Assembly (NCBI GenBank): GCA_043758025.1
Contig: JAYVOH010000098.1
Span: forward strand, 199-64,198
DNA: 64,000 nt
Source of the DNA: Verrucomicrobiota bacterium
GTDB lineage: Bacteria > Verrucomicrobiota > Verrucomicrobiia > Verrucomicrobiales > Verrucomicrobiaceae
Direction: 5' to 3'
Both the position numbers and the translations under genes were made by a program. Shown in pieces: positions 26,014 to 35,578 of this stretch. Every line of letters begins with the position of its first letter. Positions within the stretch are counted from its first letter, which is position 1. The notes beneath the pieces are model-generated. The model worked only from the letters and a program-made list of their open reading frames with translations, was not told the DNA's origin and ran no database searches.

Positions 26014-28449
26014 TCAGGAAGGAGGCGGGGTGTCTGTTGCAGTGGGACTGGATTTTTCCTGCGCGGGTGCCCGGCGCGCGATTTCTTCCATGACTTCGTT
26101 GGCATATTCCTGAAGCAGGCGCTTTTCACGCTCGGTGACCTGGCGCGGCTTCATGTCCATCAGGCAGAGCGAGCCGATGGGCTGCCCATTGGGCGCGAGG
26201 AGCGGAACGCCGGCGTAGAATCTAATCCCGTGTTCTTTGAATAATGGGTTGTTGGCGAAACGGCGGTCGCGCGCCAGGTCTTCGATGACCATCACTTGAT
26301 TTTTTGCCACCACATGTCCGCATGCGGAGACGTTGCGCGGCGTCTGGCGCGCTTTGGCGAGATCCTCGGAAAGACCGGTTTGGGATTTGAAAAACTGCCG
26401 GTCGCGATCAACGAACGTGATGAGGGCGATGGGCACCTCGAAGACACGCGCGAGCTTTGCGGTGATGCGGTCAAAGACGGGCTCCGCTTCCGTGTCGAGC
26501 AGGTTCAGTTCGAAGAGGGCGGCGAGACGCTCTTCCTCGTCTGCTGGAATCGGCGCGGGCGTCATCTCTTCGGTCAGTGGTGGCGCGAGCTTGGCGATTT
26601 TCACAAGTGCATCCGCCAGCGAGGTGACCACTTCATCGGCACCTGACTCGCGCAAGCGTCTCGTGGCCTCGATCAGATCTTCGGTTGCGCCCCAGAGGCC
26701 GATCACGATTTTTTGTTTCAGCAGTAACGCGCGCAATTTCAGACAAAGATAGCGCGCGTGGATGACGGTGGACGGAGCCACGACTGAAATACAGACGACA
26801 TCGACGTCTGCTTTTTCAGCCAGCACGAGCAACTCGCCCGCGACGAGTTGAGCCGCAGCATTTTGAGCGCCGAAGCCTTGCTGGCGCGCGAGTTGCACGA
26901 GCATGGTGCCGGCCAGCTCATCGCGATCTGCACGCGCGGGCAGGCAGTAAATTCGGCAGTCCGGCGCTTGCGCAGGCTCCGGGGCTGTCACTTCGCCATC
27001 AACCGCCTCCGCAGAGTCCTCCGCCATCTTCGCTGGGACCGTAGGACGGGTGCCCAGGTCTTCGATGATGTCGCGCATGCTTTGCTCCACGTAAACGAGC
27101 TGTTCGGGGTCCAGCAAGTCCGAGCGGGCATCTGTCCCCGCAGCGGTGAGCACCGGGATGAAGACGGAGTCATAAAGCGCGGTCAGTGAGTTCGCTTTCA
27201 AATAAGCCTCCACCAGCTCGAGTTCGTCGCGATCCCCGGGCGTGAGCAGCCGGTGATAGCAATCCTCGGCGGGAGTGAGCGCTTCTTCATCGCTAAGAAT
27301 GATACTGAGAAAACTCAGGCGTGGGACATGTCTCCCCATGACCACGAGACATACGGTGAGCGGAGTCGCGAGCACTAGGCCGAGCGGCCCCCACATCCAC
27401 GTCCAGAACACTGCAGCCATAATTAATGCGATGGATGAAACGCCCGTATGCGCCCCGTAGAGCAATGGTTCCATCACGTTGTTGAGGAGCAATTCGAGCC
27501 CGGCGAATAGCGCGATAGTCAGCAAAGGCATCAACCAGTGAGGCGAGACAGCTAGGGCGAGAATAGTTGGAAAAATCGTGGCTATCCACGGCCCAATGTA
27601 AGGAATAAACCGGAGCACCGTCCCGAACGCGCCCCAAAGCACGGCATTGGGCACACCGATAAAATACAGGCCAATGGCGATGACCGTTCCGTAGGTTACG
27701 TTCACGAAAAGCTGCATGAGCAGGTAACGCGAAACGCGGTGGCCTGCGTCGTCCATGGCGCGCGTGGTGGCGCTGATGCGCCCTTGGCCGATGAGCCGGA
27801 TGAGCCGGCTGCGCAAATCTTCGCGCTGGAAGAGCATGCAAATGACCAGCACCAGGACAAGCGCCGCCATGCCCAACGGCCCGAGAAGCGGCGCGATGAT
27901 AAGCTGCACCAGATCGAACGGATTTGCCTTCGAACTCTCGACCACATGCACCGGCACAGCGTTTACCGAGGAACCTGCTGGAGTGGCGACGGCCGTATCG
28001 GGTTTTCCAGGGTCGCTCGTAATCGTTGGTCCGGTTGGCGCTGACCCACCAGGCAGCTCCTTTTTTAACTCCTCGACGGCCTCGGAAATTTTTCTAAAAA
28101 CGCCGCCCTTCGGCATGTCGAAGGCGTGGATCTTGGTGATGATATTGCCTTTGTATTCGGGTAGTTTCGTCGCCAAGTCTACAAGTTGCCGGGTTAGCAT
28201 CCAGCCGGCTGCACCTAAGCCGGTGAAGATCAGCGCCACCACCGACAGCACCGCCGCAATGCGGCCGATCCACCGTTCCAGACGCGTGACCAGTGGCGAA
28301 AGGAGAAACGTGAGCAGTGCCGACAGCGCGAGTGGAATGAGCAGTTCTCGCGCGAAGTAGAGCGTCGCGACGATGAACCCCGTCAGCATCACGGTCCAGA
28401 TACCGACAAGCGCATCAGCCGCGCTGGTTTTTATTTTTGTGTTGGGCAT
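26014..28449 (-). CDS. AI-2E (PerM) family transporter fused to B12-binding-like and GAF domains
   Basis: The N-terminal ~370 aa is a multi-TM AI-2E pattern (..LRFIPYIGPW..). The middle Rossmann-like segment (..VDVVCISVVAPSTVIHARYLCLKLR..IVIGLWGA..) resembles cobalamin-binding domains. The C-terminal GAF is ..FDRITAKLARVFEVPIALITFVD..FYAGVPLLAPNGQPIGSLCLMD... Confidence 0.8.
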   Translation of the reverse strand: MPNTKIKTSAADALVGIWTVMLTGFIVATLYFARELLIPLALSALLTFLLSPLVTRLERWIGRIAAVLSVVALIFTGLGAAGWMLTRQLVDLATKLPEYKGNIITKIHAFDMPKGGVFRKISEAVEELKKELPGGSAPTGPTITSDPGKPDTAVATPAGSSVNAVPVHVVESSKANPFDLVQLIIAPLLGPLGMAALVLVLVICMLFQREDLRSRLIRLIGQGRISATTRAMDDAGHRVSRYLLMQLFVNVTYGTVIAIGLYFIGVPNAVLWGAFGTVLRFIPYIGPWIATIFPTILALAVSPHWLMPLLTIALFAGLELLLNNVMEPLLYGAHTGVSSIALIMAAVFWTWMWGPLGLVLATPLTVCLVVMGRHVPRLSFLSIILSDEEALTPAEDCYHRLLTPGDRDELELVEAYLKANSLTALYDSVFIPVLTAAGTDARSDLLDPEQLVYVEQSMRDIIEDLGTRPTVPAKMAEDSAEAVDGEVTAPEPAQAPDCRIYCLPARADRDELAGTMLVQLARQQGFGAQNAAAQLVAGELLVLAEKADVDVVCISVVAPSTVIHARYLCLKLRALLLKQKIVIGLWGATEDLIEATRRLRESGADEVVTSLADALVKIAKLAPPLTEEMTPAPIPADEEERLAALFELNLLDTEAEPVFDRITAKLARVFEVPIALITFVDRDRQFFKSQTGLSEDLAKARQTPRNVSACGHVVAKNQVMVIEDLARDRRFANNPLFKEHGIRFYAGVPLLAPNGQPIGSLCLMDMKPRQVTEREKRLLQEYANEVMEEIARRAPAQEKSSPTATDTPPPS

Positions 28450-28507
28450 AGGGCGGACTTGGAGAATTGTGGAAGCCGCTGGTTTAATGTGTTTTTTTGA
28501 ATTCAGG

Positions 28508-29581
28508 CTATCGTTGCCAGAACCACTTAAATCTGCGCTTGGACTCGGGGATCACAGCTGGAGGAGCCTGCGATTCAGATTTGTTATTCAAATAGATGGA
28601 CCGCGGCTCTACAGGAGGGCCTTCGATGATCACGACCATGCTTTTGGTGATCATCTTCGACAGGCGCACGATGTCCCAGTTCGCAGTCCTCATGCAGCCG
28701 TGGCTGGCGCTGCGACCGATGGTCTGCGGCTGGTTCGTCCCGTGAATGCCGATGCCGGGCCGGTTGAGGCCGATCCACATGATGCCGACAGGATTGTTGG
28801 GGCCGATGGGCAACTGGTAGAAGTCGTTGCTGCGCACGCCATATTCCAAAACGCTTTTGTCCCAGCGGAAGGTCGGCATTTGCGCGATGTCAACAATTCT
28901 CCAAGTGCCGGGCGGCGTCCCAAGGTGGCCGCTGCCGGGCGTGATCGGGATGCTGGCAAGCAGCTTCTCCCCTTCATAAAGATCGAGCATCTTCTCGCGC
29001 GTATCTATTTTGATGACACGGCTCTGGTATGCAGGGATCTCAGGAAGCTTCGCAATCTGGGTCAGCTCTTCGATCAAGAAAGGCTGCACGTTCGGCACCT
29101 TCACCACGTCACCCGGCTTCAAGGCGCTCATTTTCATCGGCCGGTTGATGAACTCGATAAGTTGGGGCGAACTGTGAAAGCGCTCCGTCAAGAATTCCAG
29201 CAGAGAGTCATACGGCAAATATTTCTTCTTGCTCTGTGCAGAAGGCTCGCTGGGAAATACGCCTACGAACTTGAGGTCATCGGAACTGATGGTGTAGGTC
29301 GTATAATTCAGTGGAACGCTCGCAAGGTCTAAGGTGTGCGACTCCAACTCCGTCTCGGCAATGCCCCGCGAACGCTGGTAGCGCTGCAGGGCTTTGGACG
29401 TAAACTCTCCGGGCCGACCGTCCAGCTGCCCCGGTCCGAAAAGATGACCATCCAAAAAAATCTGAAGCTGGAGAATGCCTTCGACAGGCTCGGGCGACTT
29501 AGGCAGCGGGACAGGGATCACCGCATAAACTGAAGATACAAGAGCAAGTAGGGCTAAAAAACTCGGAAGTCGTTTGTTCAT
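28508..29581 (-). CDS. L,D-transpeptidase (YkuD) with peptidoglycan-binding domain
   Basis: Signal peptide; PG_binding-like segment ..TSKALQRYQRSRGI..; catalytic motif GIHGTNQPQTIGRSASHGCMR. Confidence 0.9.
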   Translation of the reverse strand: MNKRLPSFLALLALVSSVYAVIPVPLPKSPEPVEGILQLQIFLDGHLFGPGQLDGRPGEFTSKALQRYQRSRGIAETELESHTLDLASVPLNYTTYTISSDDLKFVGVFPSEPSAQSKKKYLPYDSLLEFLTERFHSSPQLIEFINRPMKMSALKPGDVVKVPNVQPFLIEELTQIAKLPEIPAYQSRVIKIDTREKMLDLYEGEKLLASIPITPGSGHLGTPPGTWRIVDIAQMPTFRWDKSVLEYGVRSNDFYQLPIGPNNPVGIMWIGLNRPGIGIHGTNQPQTIGRSASHGCMRTANWDIVRLSKMITKSMVVIIEGPPVEPRSIYLNNKSESQAPPAVIPESKRRFKWFWQR

Positions 29582-29714
29582 TTAAGACTCTTGAAAGGGT
29601 GTAGATCGCTCCTAATGGAGCCGAGAACTCAACACTAGTAGCCCAACGATGATCTCCAACTAAGGGACTAAGTCATTACGGGCAGCTGCGTGCGGTCTCG
29701 CCTCCTAGCAACGC

Positions 29715-30413
29715 TTATTTGGTCCGGACAACAAGCACACGTCGGTCCTGCTGCAACTGTTCTTCCGTTCCGTTGGGAAACGCAGGGAAATTTTCACCGT
29801 AGCCGTGGGCGCTTAATGCGTTGGCTGGCACGTGGTAGCGCTGGGTAAGCTCGTCATACACGCGCTGGGCGCGAGCGGCGGACAGAGACATGTTAAACTC
29901 GTCAGTGCCCTCGGTGCTGGTGTGGCCTTCAATGTCAAACTGCGTGCCAGGTTCTGTTTTGCTAACTTCCAAAATCACGCCTGCGATCTGGTCAAGAGCG
30001 GCGCGTGACTCGGTGTCGAGAAGTTCAGCGGTGGACTTCACAAACAAAACTGGAAGCGTCACATAGGGTAATTCCCGGGTTTGACCCTGATCCTCCACCA
30101 CAACAACACTACGCTCTGAGTTGTAAACACGACGTGGTCTGCCGGGGGTATCTACTACGGTGGTGGTCTTGGTGGTCTTGATAATCTCCTGCGGTGCGGG
30201 GGCAGGCGTTGGAGCCGGAGTCACGGTCACCACCCTCGGGGCGACAGACAGGTGACCGCGCAATACGACCGTATCCATCGGGCGTGCGGTAGGTCGCACT
30301 TCTTGAACAATGACACGTGTCGGTGCCGGAACTGGCTCAACGATAACGCTTTGAGCGAACAATGGAATTTGAAGCGGAAAAAGGAGAAGAATAACTAATA
30401 AGGGGGATTTCAT
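29715..30413 (-). CDS. OmpA-family peptidoglycan-associated protein
   Basis: Signal peptide and C-terminal OmpA-like domain (..FDIEGHTSTEGTDEFNMSLSAARAQRVYDEL..RRVLVV). Confidence 0.85.
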   Translation of the reverse strand: MKSPLLVILLLFPLQIPLFAQSVIVEPVPAPTRVIVQEVRPTARPMDTVVLRGHLSVAPRVVTVTPAPTPAPAPQEIIKTTKTTTVVDTPGRPRRVYNSERSVVVVEDQGQTRELPYVTLPVLFVKSTAELLDTESRAALDQIAGVILEVSKTEPGTQFDIEGHTSTEGTDEFNMSLSAARAQRVYDELTQRYHVPANALSAHGYGENFPAFPNGTEEQLQQDRRVLVVRTK

Positions 30414-30665
30414 TTTGGTATGGTGGGATAAGTTTGACGAACTTTAGTGTCGTTCTTTAGTCCCGGTTCTCCATGGGGCATAACCCTACCTAATAAGCCG
30501 CTTTATTTTAGCATCGGGCAATATTCTTGCCCTTGGCAACTTAGTAATCGTCGTGCCGGAATCGTAGGGTTACACCCCATCGCAGATGACGCACACGTTG
30601 TGTAATATATTCACTCAAGAATCAAGCGCACCGACATCGTCACTTAAATTTAGCCATTTTATTAA

Positions 30666-32450
30666 ATGAAAATATTCAGGACACTATTCGTGGTTGCTAT
30701 CCTCCTTACGGCGGCAGCTCCTTCTGTTCGTGCGGAAACCCGCGTATCGATCGACTTTTTTTATGACAATCTGGATCCTTATGGGACTTGGCGCGAGGTC
30801 GGCGAATACGGCTACTGCTGGCAGCCGCGCGACGTGGACCGCGACTGGCAACCCTACAGCGATGGACGTTGGGTCTATACCGATGCGGGATGGACTTGGG
30901 ATTCTGAGGAACCCTATGCATGGGCCGTCTATCATTATGGCCGTTGGGCCTTTGTCGAGGACACTGGCTGGATTTGGGTGCCGGATACGCAATGGGGCCC
31001 CGGCTGGGTTTCCTGGCGGCACAGCAATAACTATGTCGGTTGGGCTCCACTCCCCCCTGAGGCGCGCTTCGTTGCCAATGTGGGCTTTAGTTCTTGGGTG
31101 GACAATTACTATGATATTGGCCCCAGTCATTACCGGTTTGTAGAAACGCGCAATTTTGGTGATCGCAGACTGCGCTCCAGATTTGTCGATTCGCGACAGA
31201 ACCTGACGATCATCAACAGCACGACCAACATCACCAATATCACCTATGCCGACAGTGTGGTTCACAATGGTGGTCCACGCTATGAAGAGATAGCCGGAAT
31301 CAGCGTGCAGCCCATTCAACGATTCCGCCTGGATCGGCAGCAGCAGTTTGAGGGCAATTCTGGAAGCGAGCGTGGGGAAAGATTCCGGTCCAGGGAAGAT
31401 GGTGGATCATTGCGAGTCTTCGCACCACCAATTGAACTGAGTGCGACCGCAGTTCCGAAGCGAGTGGCCGAACGGGTAGATCGGGTCGCGATCAATCACG
31501 GCTGGAAGAATGTTGGAACTGAAGCCGAGGTGAGCCAACTGCGCACTCAAATGAAGAGCAAGGCCCAGCCACCTCCGGAGCTGCCGCCACAGCCAAAGTT
31601 TGAAAAGCCCGTCGTGCAGCAAGCGACCGACCCTTCAACAAAGCAGACGCAGAAGCCATTCTCGGACGCTCCACCAAGCAGCGTGGTAAAACCTGGGGCG
31701 ACCGATACTACGCCATCTATCAGGCCTAATGTTCCGGATCGCGCCGATCAACCTCCTGCAACACCGATGCCTAGGAAGACTGGCAATGGCGAACCAGCGG
31801 TAAGACCCCAACCGCCCGAGAGACCTCCCGTTGTCCCTGGAACCGAACCGGAACTTCCGCGTATTAAGCCGACTGTTCCTGCTGATAACACCAACAGGCC
31901 CGAAAAACCTTCCAACACGAAAGGTGACAGGCCGCGTCAGCCGGGACCGACAGAGCCAATCCCTACCGTGAAAACACCTGCAGTAACTCCTAAACCAGAT
32001 GTGCCCCCTGTCATCCCTCATCCCGCTACTGAGGCACCGCGTGTGCGCCCGCTAGACACTACCACTACCCGCACACCGGATAAAAAGCCTGACTTGCCAA
32101 AAGTGCGCGAGCGCGACGGAAAACCGCAGCGTCCAGAGGAAACGCCTTTGCCACGCAAGCCAGACCCTACGCCAATCCCCAGCGAAAAACCACCGACACG
32201 CAGGCCCCAGCCCGCGACACCCGAGCCGGAGATCAAACGCCCAGCTCCTCCTTCTCAGAGCGACAGAGTTCCTCCGCCAAGGAATGAAAGGCCATCGAAT
32301 CCCCCGGTTCCCACGCCCCAGAGAAAACCAGAAATCGTTCCACAACAACCGGTCACCAAGCCACCTACAGGTGAGTCTGAGCAGCCGGTTCAGGGAAAAG
32401 GCAAGGGTAAACCCAAGGACAAAAATAAAGATGACCCTGACAAAAATTAA
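30666..32450 (+). CDS. Secreted Trp/Tyr-rich repeat protein with ~300-aa Pro-rich tail
   Basis: Signal peptide. N-terminus YGTWREVGEYGYCWQP..GRWVYTDAGWTWDSEEPYAWAVYHYGRWAF..GWIWVPD..WGPGWVSWR. C-terminal low-complexity P/T/K/E-rich region. Confidence 0.75.
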   Translation: MKIFRTLFVVAILLTAAAPSVRAETRVSIDFFYDNLDPYGTWREVGEYGYCWQPRDVDRDWQPYSDGRWVYTDAGWTWDSEEPYAWAVYHYGRWAFVEDTGWIWVPDTQWGPGWVSWRHSNNYVGWAPLPPEARFVANVGFSSWVDNYYDIGPSHYRFVETRNFGDRRLRSRFVDSRQNLTIINSTTNITNITYADSVVHNGGPRYEEIAGISVQPIQRFRLDRQQQFEGNSGSERGERFRSREDGGSLRVFAPPIELSATAVPKRVAERVDRVAINHGWKNVGTEAEVSQLRTQMKSKAQPPPELPPQPKFEKPVVQQATDPSTKQTQKPFSDAPPSSVVKPGATDTTPSIRPNVPDRADQPPATPMPRKTGNGEPAVRPQPPERPPVVPGTEPELPRIKPTVPADNTNRPEKPSNTKGDRPRQPGPTEPIPTVKTPAVTPKPDVPPVIPHPATEAPRVRPLDTTTTRTPDKKPDLPKVRERDGKPQRPEETPLPRKPDPTPIPSEKPPTRRPQPATPEPEIKRPAPPSQSDRVPPPRNERPSNPPVPTPQRKPEIVPQQPVTKPPTGESEQPVQGKGKGKPKDKNKDDPDKN

Positions 32451-32475
32451 GGGCTAACTGGCCAACTTACTCAAT

Positions 32476-32925
32476 ATGTCCGATCCTCGAAACGTTGCTC
32501 ACGACAAGAAAGTCGCCCGCGAAAAAGGTCATCAAGGAGCACCGGCGGGAATCGCCGGTGAACCGCCAGTGCAGCCAGGTAAGAAGGCGAGAAAAAAATC
32601 CATTTCGGCGCAGACCACCCCGACTGTCGAAATCATTCCAATGATAGAAATCGCACCTGAGGAGAATTCCAGAAAGGAAGCACCGCTCGAGTTAGAAGGC
32701 TCCCTGGTCGTGCTTTCGCAACTCAAGGGAATAGCATTCCATTCCAAGGCTCACCAAGAACAGCTTGCTCAACTCATGCTGACGGTGGAGGAAAAACTGA
32801 AGCAGAAGGAATTGGCTAATACCACGGGGGAAGTTTATTCCGCCCACGCCGAATTTCACACCCAGCTAATAACACTCATCGACGTTTACGAATCTGAGTG
32901 CGCCAAGCTTAACGGCCAAGCCTAA
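32476..32925 (+). CDS. Hypothetical protein
   Basis: 149-aa ORF with a basic N-terminus and helical C-terminus. No family recognised. Confidence 0.5.
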   Translation: MSDPRNVAHDKKVAREKGHQGAPAGIAGEPPVQPGKKARKKSISAQTTPTVEIIPMIEIAPEENSRKEAPLELEGSLVVLSQLKGIAFHSKAHQEQLAQLMLTVEEKLKQKELANTTGEVYSAHAEFHTQLITLIDVYESECAKLNGQA

Positions 32926-32990
32926 GTAGGGCGTGCTGATCCTTTAGATAGGAAGGATATCGACATGCCGGGAAAACGCCATCAGTTACT

Positions 32991-33911
32991 TCAGTGCGCC
33001 AGATAGCGTTCCGCCTCCAGCGCAGCGGCGCAGCCCTGACCGGCGGCGGTAATGGCCTGGCGATAGACGTGATCCGCTACGTCGCCCGCAGCGAAGAGTC
33101 CCGCGACGTTGGTCTGGGTGCCCTTGGTCTGCACAATGTAGCCGTTCTCATCGAGCGTGATCAGGCCGTTGAGAAACTGCGTGTTAGGCACATGGCCGAT
33201 GGCGACGAAAACGCATTTCAGTTCCAGTTCGTTCTCCGCGCCGGTCACGAGGTTTTTCAGTGTAACCGCGCGCACCTCGCCTTTCTCATCGGCAAGGTAT
33301 TCTGAGACTGTGCTGTTCCAGACGGGCTTAATTTTTGGATTGGCCAACGTGCGGTCGGCCATGATCTTGGAGGCCCGTAATTCTTCGCGACGATGTATAA
33401 GATACACCACGCTGGCGAAGCGGGTGAGAAACATCGCCTCCTCGCAGGCGCTGTCGCCGCCGCCGATGACGCAGACGGGCACGTTGCGATAGAACGCTCC
33501 ATCGCAAGTGGCGCAGCTTGTCAGTCCGTGGCCGATGAGCTTTTGTTCCCCGGGCAGACCAAGGTGGCGGGGCGAGGCGCCGGTGGCGATGATGACGGTC
33601 TTCGCGTGCAAGGTGCGACCGCCTTCCAGGGCGAGTTCAAAATGGCCGTCCGCGCATTCTGTGAGGACCTCGACCTTCGCATAATCAATGCGCGCGCCGA
33701 ACTTTTCCGCTTGGGCCTGCATTTTCATCATTAAATCTGGCCCTTGGATGCCTTCGGGAAAACCTGGAAAATTCTCCACTTCGGTCGTGGTGGTGAGCTG
33801 GCCGCCGGGCTGGGTGCCGGAGAGCAGGAGCGGATTCAAATTAGCGCGTGCGGTGTAAATGGCTGCTGTGTAGCCGGCGCAGCCGGTGCCGATGATGATG
33901 ACGTTTTCCAT
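32991..33911 (-). CDS. trxB: Thioredoxin-disulfide reductase
   Basis: FAD motif [14 protein letters not shown], redox centre CATCDG, NADPH motif GGGDSA. 306 aa. Confidence 0.95.
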   Translation of the reverse strand: MENVIIIGTGCAGYTAAIYTARANLNPLLLSGTQPGGQLTTTTEVENFPGFPEGIQGPDLMMKMQAQAEKFGARIDYAKVEVLTECADGHFELALEGGRTLHAKTVIIATGASPRHLGLPGEQKLIGHGLTSCATCDGAFYRNVPVCVIGGGDSACEEAMFLTRFASVVYLIHRREELRASKIMADRTLANPKIKPVWNSTVSEYLADEKGEVRAVTLKNLVTGAENELELKCVFVAIGHVPNTQFLNGLITLDENGYIVQTKGTQTNVAGLFAAGDVADHVYRQAITAAGQGCAAALEAERYLAH

Positions 33912-33976
33912 GTTTGCAGGATAAAATTGAGCGCCAAAGATGCAAGGCGGCCCGCGTGGGTCAATCCCTCATTTGC

Positions 33977-34004
33977 TTGCAATGACCGGCGGCAGACTTA
34001 GAAT
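33977..34004 (+). promoter_or_regulatory. Candidate sigma70-type promoter of second RelE/ParE TA operon (possibly leaderless)
   Basis: TTGCAA (33977-33982), a 16-nt spacer, TAGAAT (33999-34004), then 6 nt before the ATG at 34011. Confidence 0.4.
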
Positions 34005-34010
34005 GCCGAC

Positions 34011-34205
34011 ATGAGCGGTGCGTTGCAATATCTGACCGACACCAAGGGCGAGAAGACCGCCGTGGTGCTCCCTCTGCATGATTATGAGGAGTTGCTGGAG
34101 GACCTTGATGATCTTGCCGTGATCGCCGAGCGGCGCGACGAACCAGCCGTGCCCCACGAGGAGTTCATTAACAAGCTGCGCGCGGATGGCCTCCTTCCGA
34201 CTTGA
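34011..34205 (+). CDS. Type II antitoxin (Phd/YefM-like)
   Basis: 64 aa; ..KTAVVLPLHDYEELLEDLDDLAVIAERRDEP.. is typical of antitoxins. It overlaps the toxin gene by 20 nt. Confidence 0.7.
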   Translation: MSGALQYLTDTKGEKTAVVLPLHDYEELLEDLDDLAVIAERRDEPAVPHEEFINKLRADGLLPT

Positions 34206-34449
34206 GTGGCGCGCTTCCGTCCACAAGGACCTGCGTAAGCTGTCGCCAGATATAAACGCAAGACCCGTGGCGGTCGTCACAAGCCTGATTTGCAATCCCT
34301 TTCCATCGGGTATAAAAAAAATAGCAGGATGTGAGCATACCTATCGGATTCGTAATGGCGACTACCGCATTATTTACGAAGTGATAACATCGCAATCCCT
34401 AGTTGTTGTGCAGCGCGTCCGGCATCGGAAGGACGCTTATCGAGATTAA
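34186..34449 (+). CDS. Type II toxin-antitoxin system RelE/ParE family toxin
   Basis: 87 aa; ..YRIRNGDYRIIYEV.....VVVQRVRHRKDAY is the RelE/ParE C-terminal pattern. Confidence 0.8.
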   Translation: MASFRLEWRASVHKDLRKLSPDINARPVAVVTSLICNPFPSGIKKIAGCEHTYRIRNGDYRIIYEVITSQSLVVVQRVRHRKDAYRD

Positions 34450-34450
34450 T

Positions 34451-35047
34451 ATGTTCACTGGCATCGTCGAAACCACAGGCACCGTGCAAGGCATCGCCTT
34501 CCGCGAAGGTGGGGCGCGGTTTGTCGTGCAAGTCGGCGCGATGGCTGCGGAACTTTCGCTCGGTGAAAGCGTGGCGGTGAACGGCTGCTGTCTTACGGTC
34601 ACGGAGTTTAATGGTGCAGCGGGGACAGCGGCATTTGACCTCCTGAGCGAGACTCTGCGGGTGACAAGCCTGGGCAAGTTGAACGAAGGCGGCATCGTTA
34701 ATCTGGAGCGCGCGCTGCGTGTGGGCGACCGGCTCAGCGGTCACTTTGTCCAAGGGCATGTGGATGCCACGGCAGAGGTGCTCGCCTTGGAACCAGTCGG
34801 GGCCGATCACCGCTTTGTGGTCGCCCTGCCGCAGGAGTGGGCGCGACTCGTCGTTCACAAAGGTTCCGTATGCATTGACGGCATGAGCCTGACCATCGCC
34901 GAACTCGGAACGGATCGCATGACGTTCTGGATCACGCCGCACACCTTCGCGGTGGCGAATTTGTGCGCTCTCCGAACTGGCGACTTGGTGAACCTCGAGT
35001 TCGACATGCTGGCCAAGCACATCGAGCGTCTGGTGGCGGGGCGCTGA
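34451..35047 (+). CDS. ribE: Riboflavin synthase alpha subunit
   Basis: MFTGIVETTG start and duplicated lumazine-binding repeats (..GESVAVNGCCLTV.. and ..GSVCIDGMSLTI..). The start at ATG 34451 lies 1 nt after the toxin stop. Confidence 0.9.
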   Translation: MFTGIVETTGTVQGIAFREGGARFVVQVGAMAAELSLGESVAVNGCCLTVTEFNGAAGTAAFDLLSETLRVTSLGKLNEGGIVNLERALRVGDRLSGHFVQGHVDATAEVLALEPVGADHRFVVALPQEWARLVVHKGSVCIDGMSLTIAELGTDRMTFWITPHTFAVANLCALRTGDLVNLEFDMLAKHIERLVAGR

Positions 35048-35055
35048 GACGGTGC

Positions 35056-35541
35056 TCAATCTTGCTTCTCGAAGCGCAGCAAATGCTGGCCATCGCCTTT
35101 CTCCTGGGGATGGAAGAGCCAGCCGGGAGATTCGTTGCGCACCTCCCAGCAGGTGAGTATAAACTCGGGCAGGTAGAGATCGCTGTTCGGATCATAGATT
35201 TTCCGCCCGGAGAAATGGCCGGTCATTTTGTATTCGCGGTTATGGTCGAACCCATGTGCAGGACCGCCATCGAGAGGCATTTCCGGCAACCGGTCTGGAG
35301 CGAGCTTGCGGTTTTCATTGATCAGCACCAGACGGGAATCATCCCATGACTGGCCGGGCCGTCGGATGTAACCCCAGAACTGGGTGCGTTCGATGTAGAA
35401 CCGGCGCCCGATGAAGTAATCGCCGCGAGGCTCGCTCATGATCGAGAGCCGGCGTTCCTCAATGTGTTGCTGCACCATCGGGTCCGCACAAGCGGCGAGG
35501 AACAAGCAAGACAAAAGCAGAAGCGGTATGAGGCGGCGCAT
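35056..35541 (-). CDS. Hypothetical lipoprotein
   Basis: Signal peptide with lipobox FLAAC. 161 aa. Confidence 0.6.
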   Translation of the reverse strand: MRRLIPLLLLSCLFLAACADPMVQQHIEERRLSIMSEPRGDYFIGRRFYIERTQFWGYIRRPGQSWDDSRLVLINENRKLAPDRLPEMPLDGGPAHGFDHNREYKMTGHFSGRKIYDPNSDLYLPEFILTCWEVRNESPGWLFHPQEKGDGQHLLRFEKQD

Positions 35542-35578
35542 AGCGGAGAGTTAAGGAGCAAAGACGATTATTCAAGCA

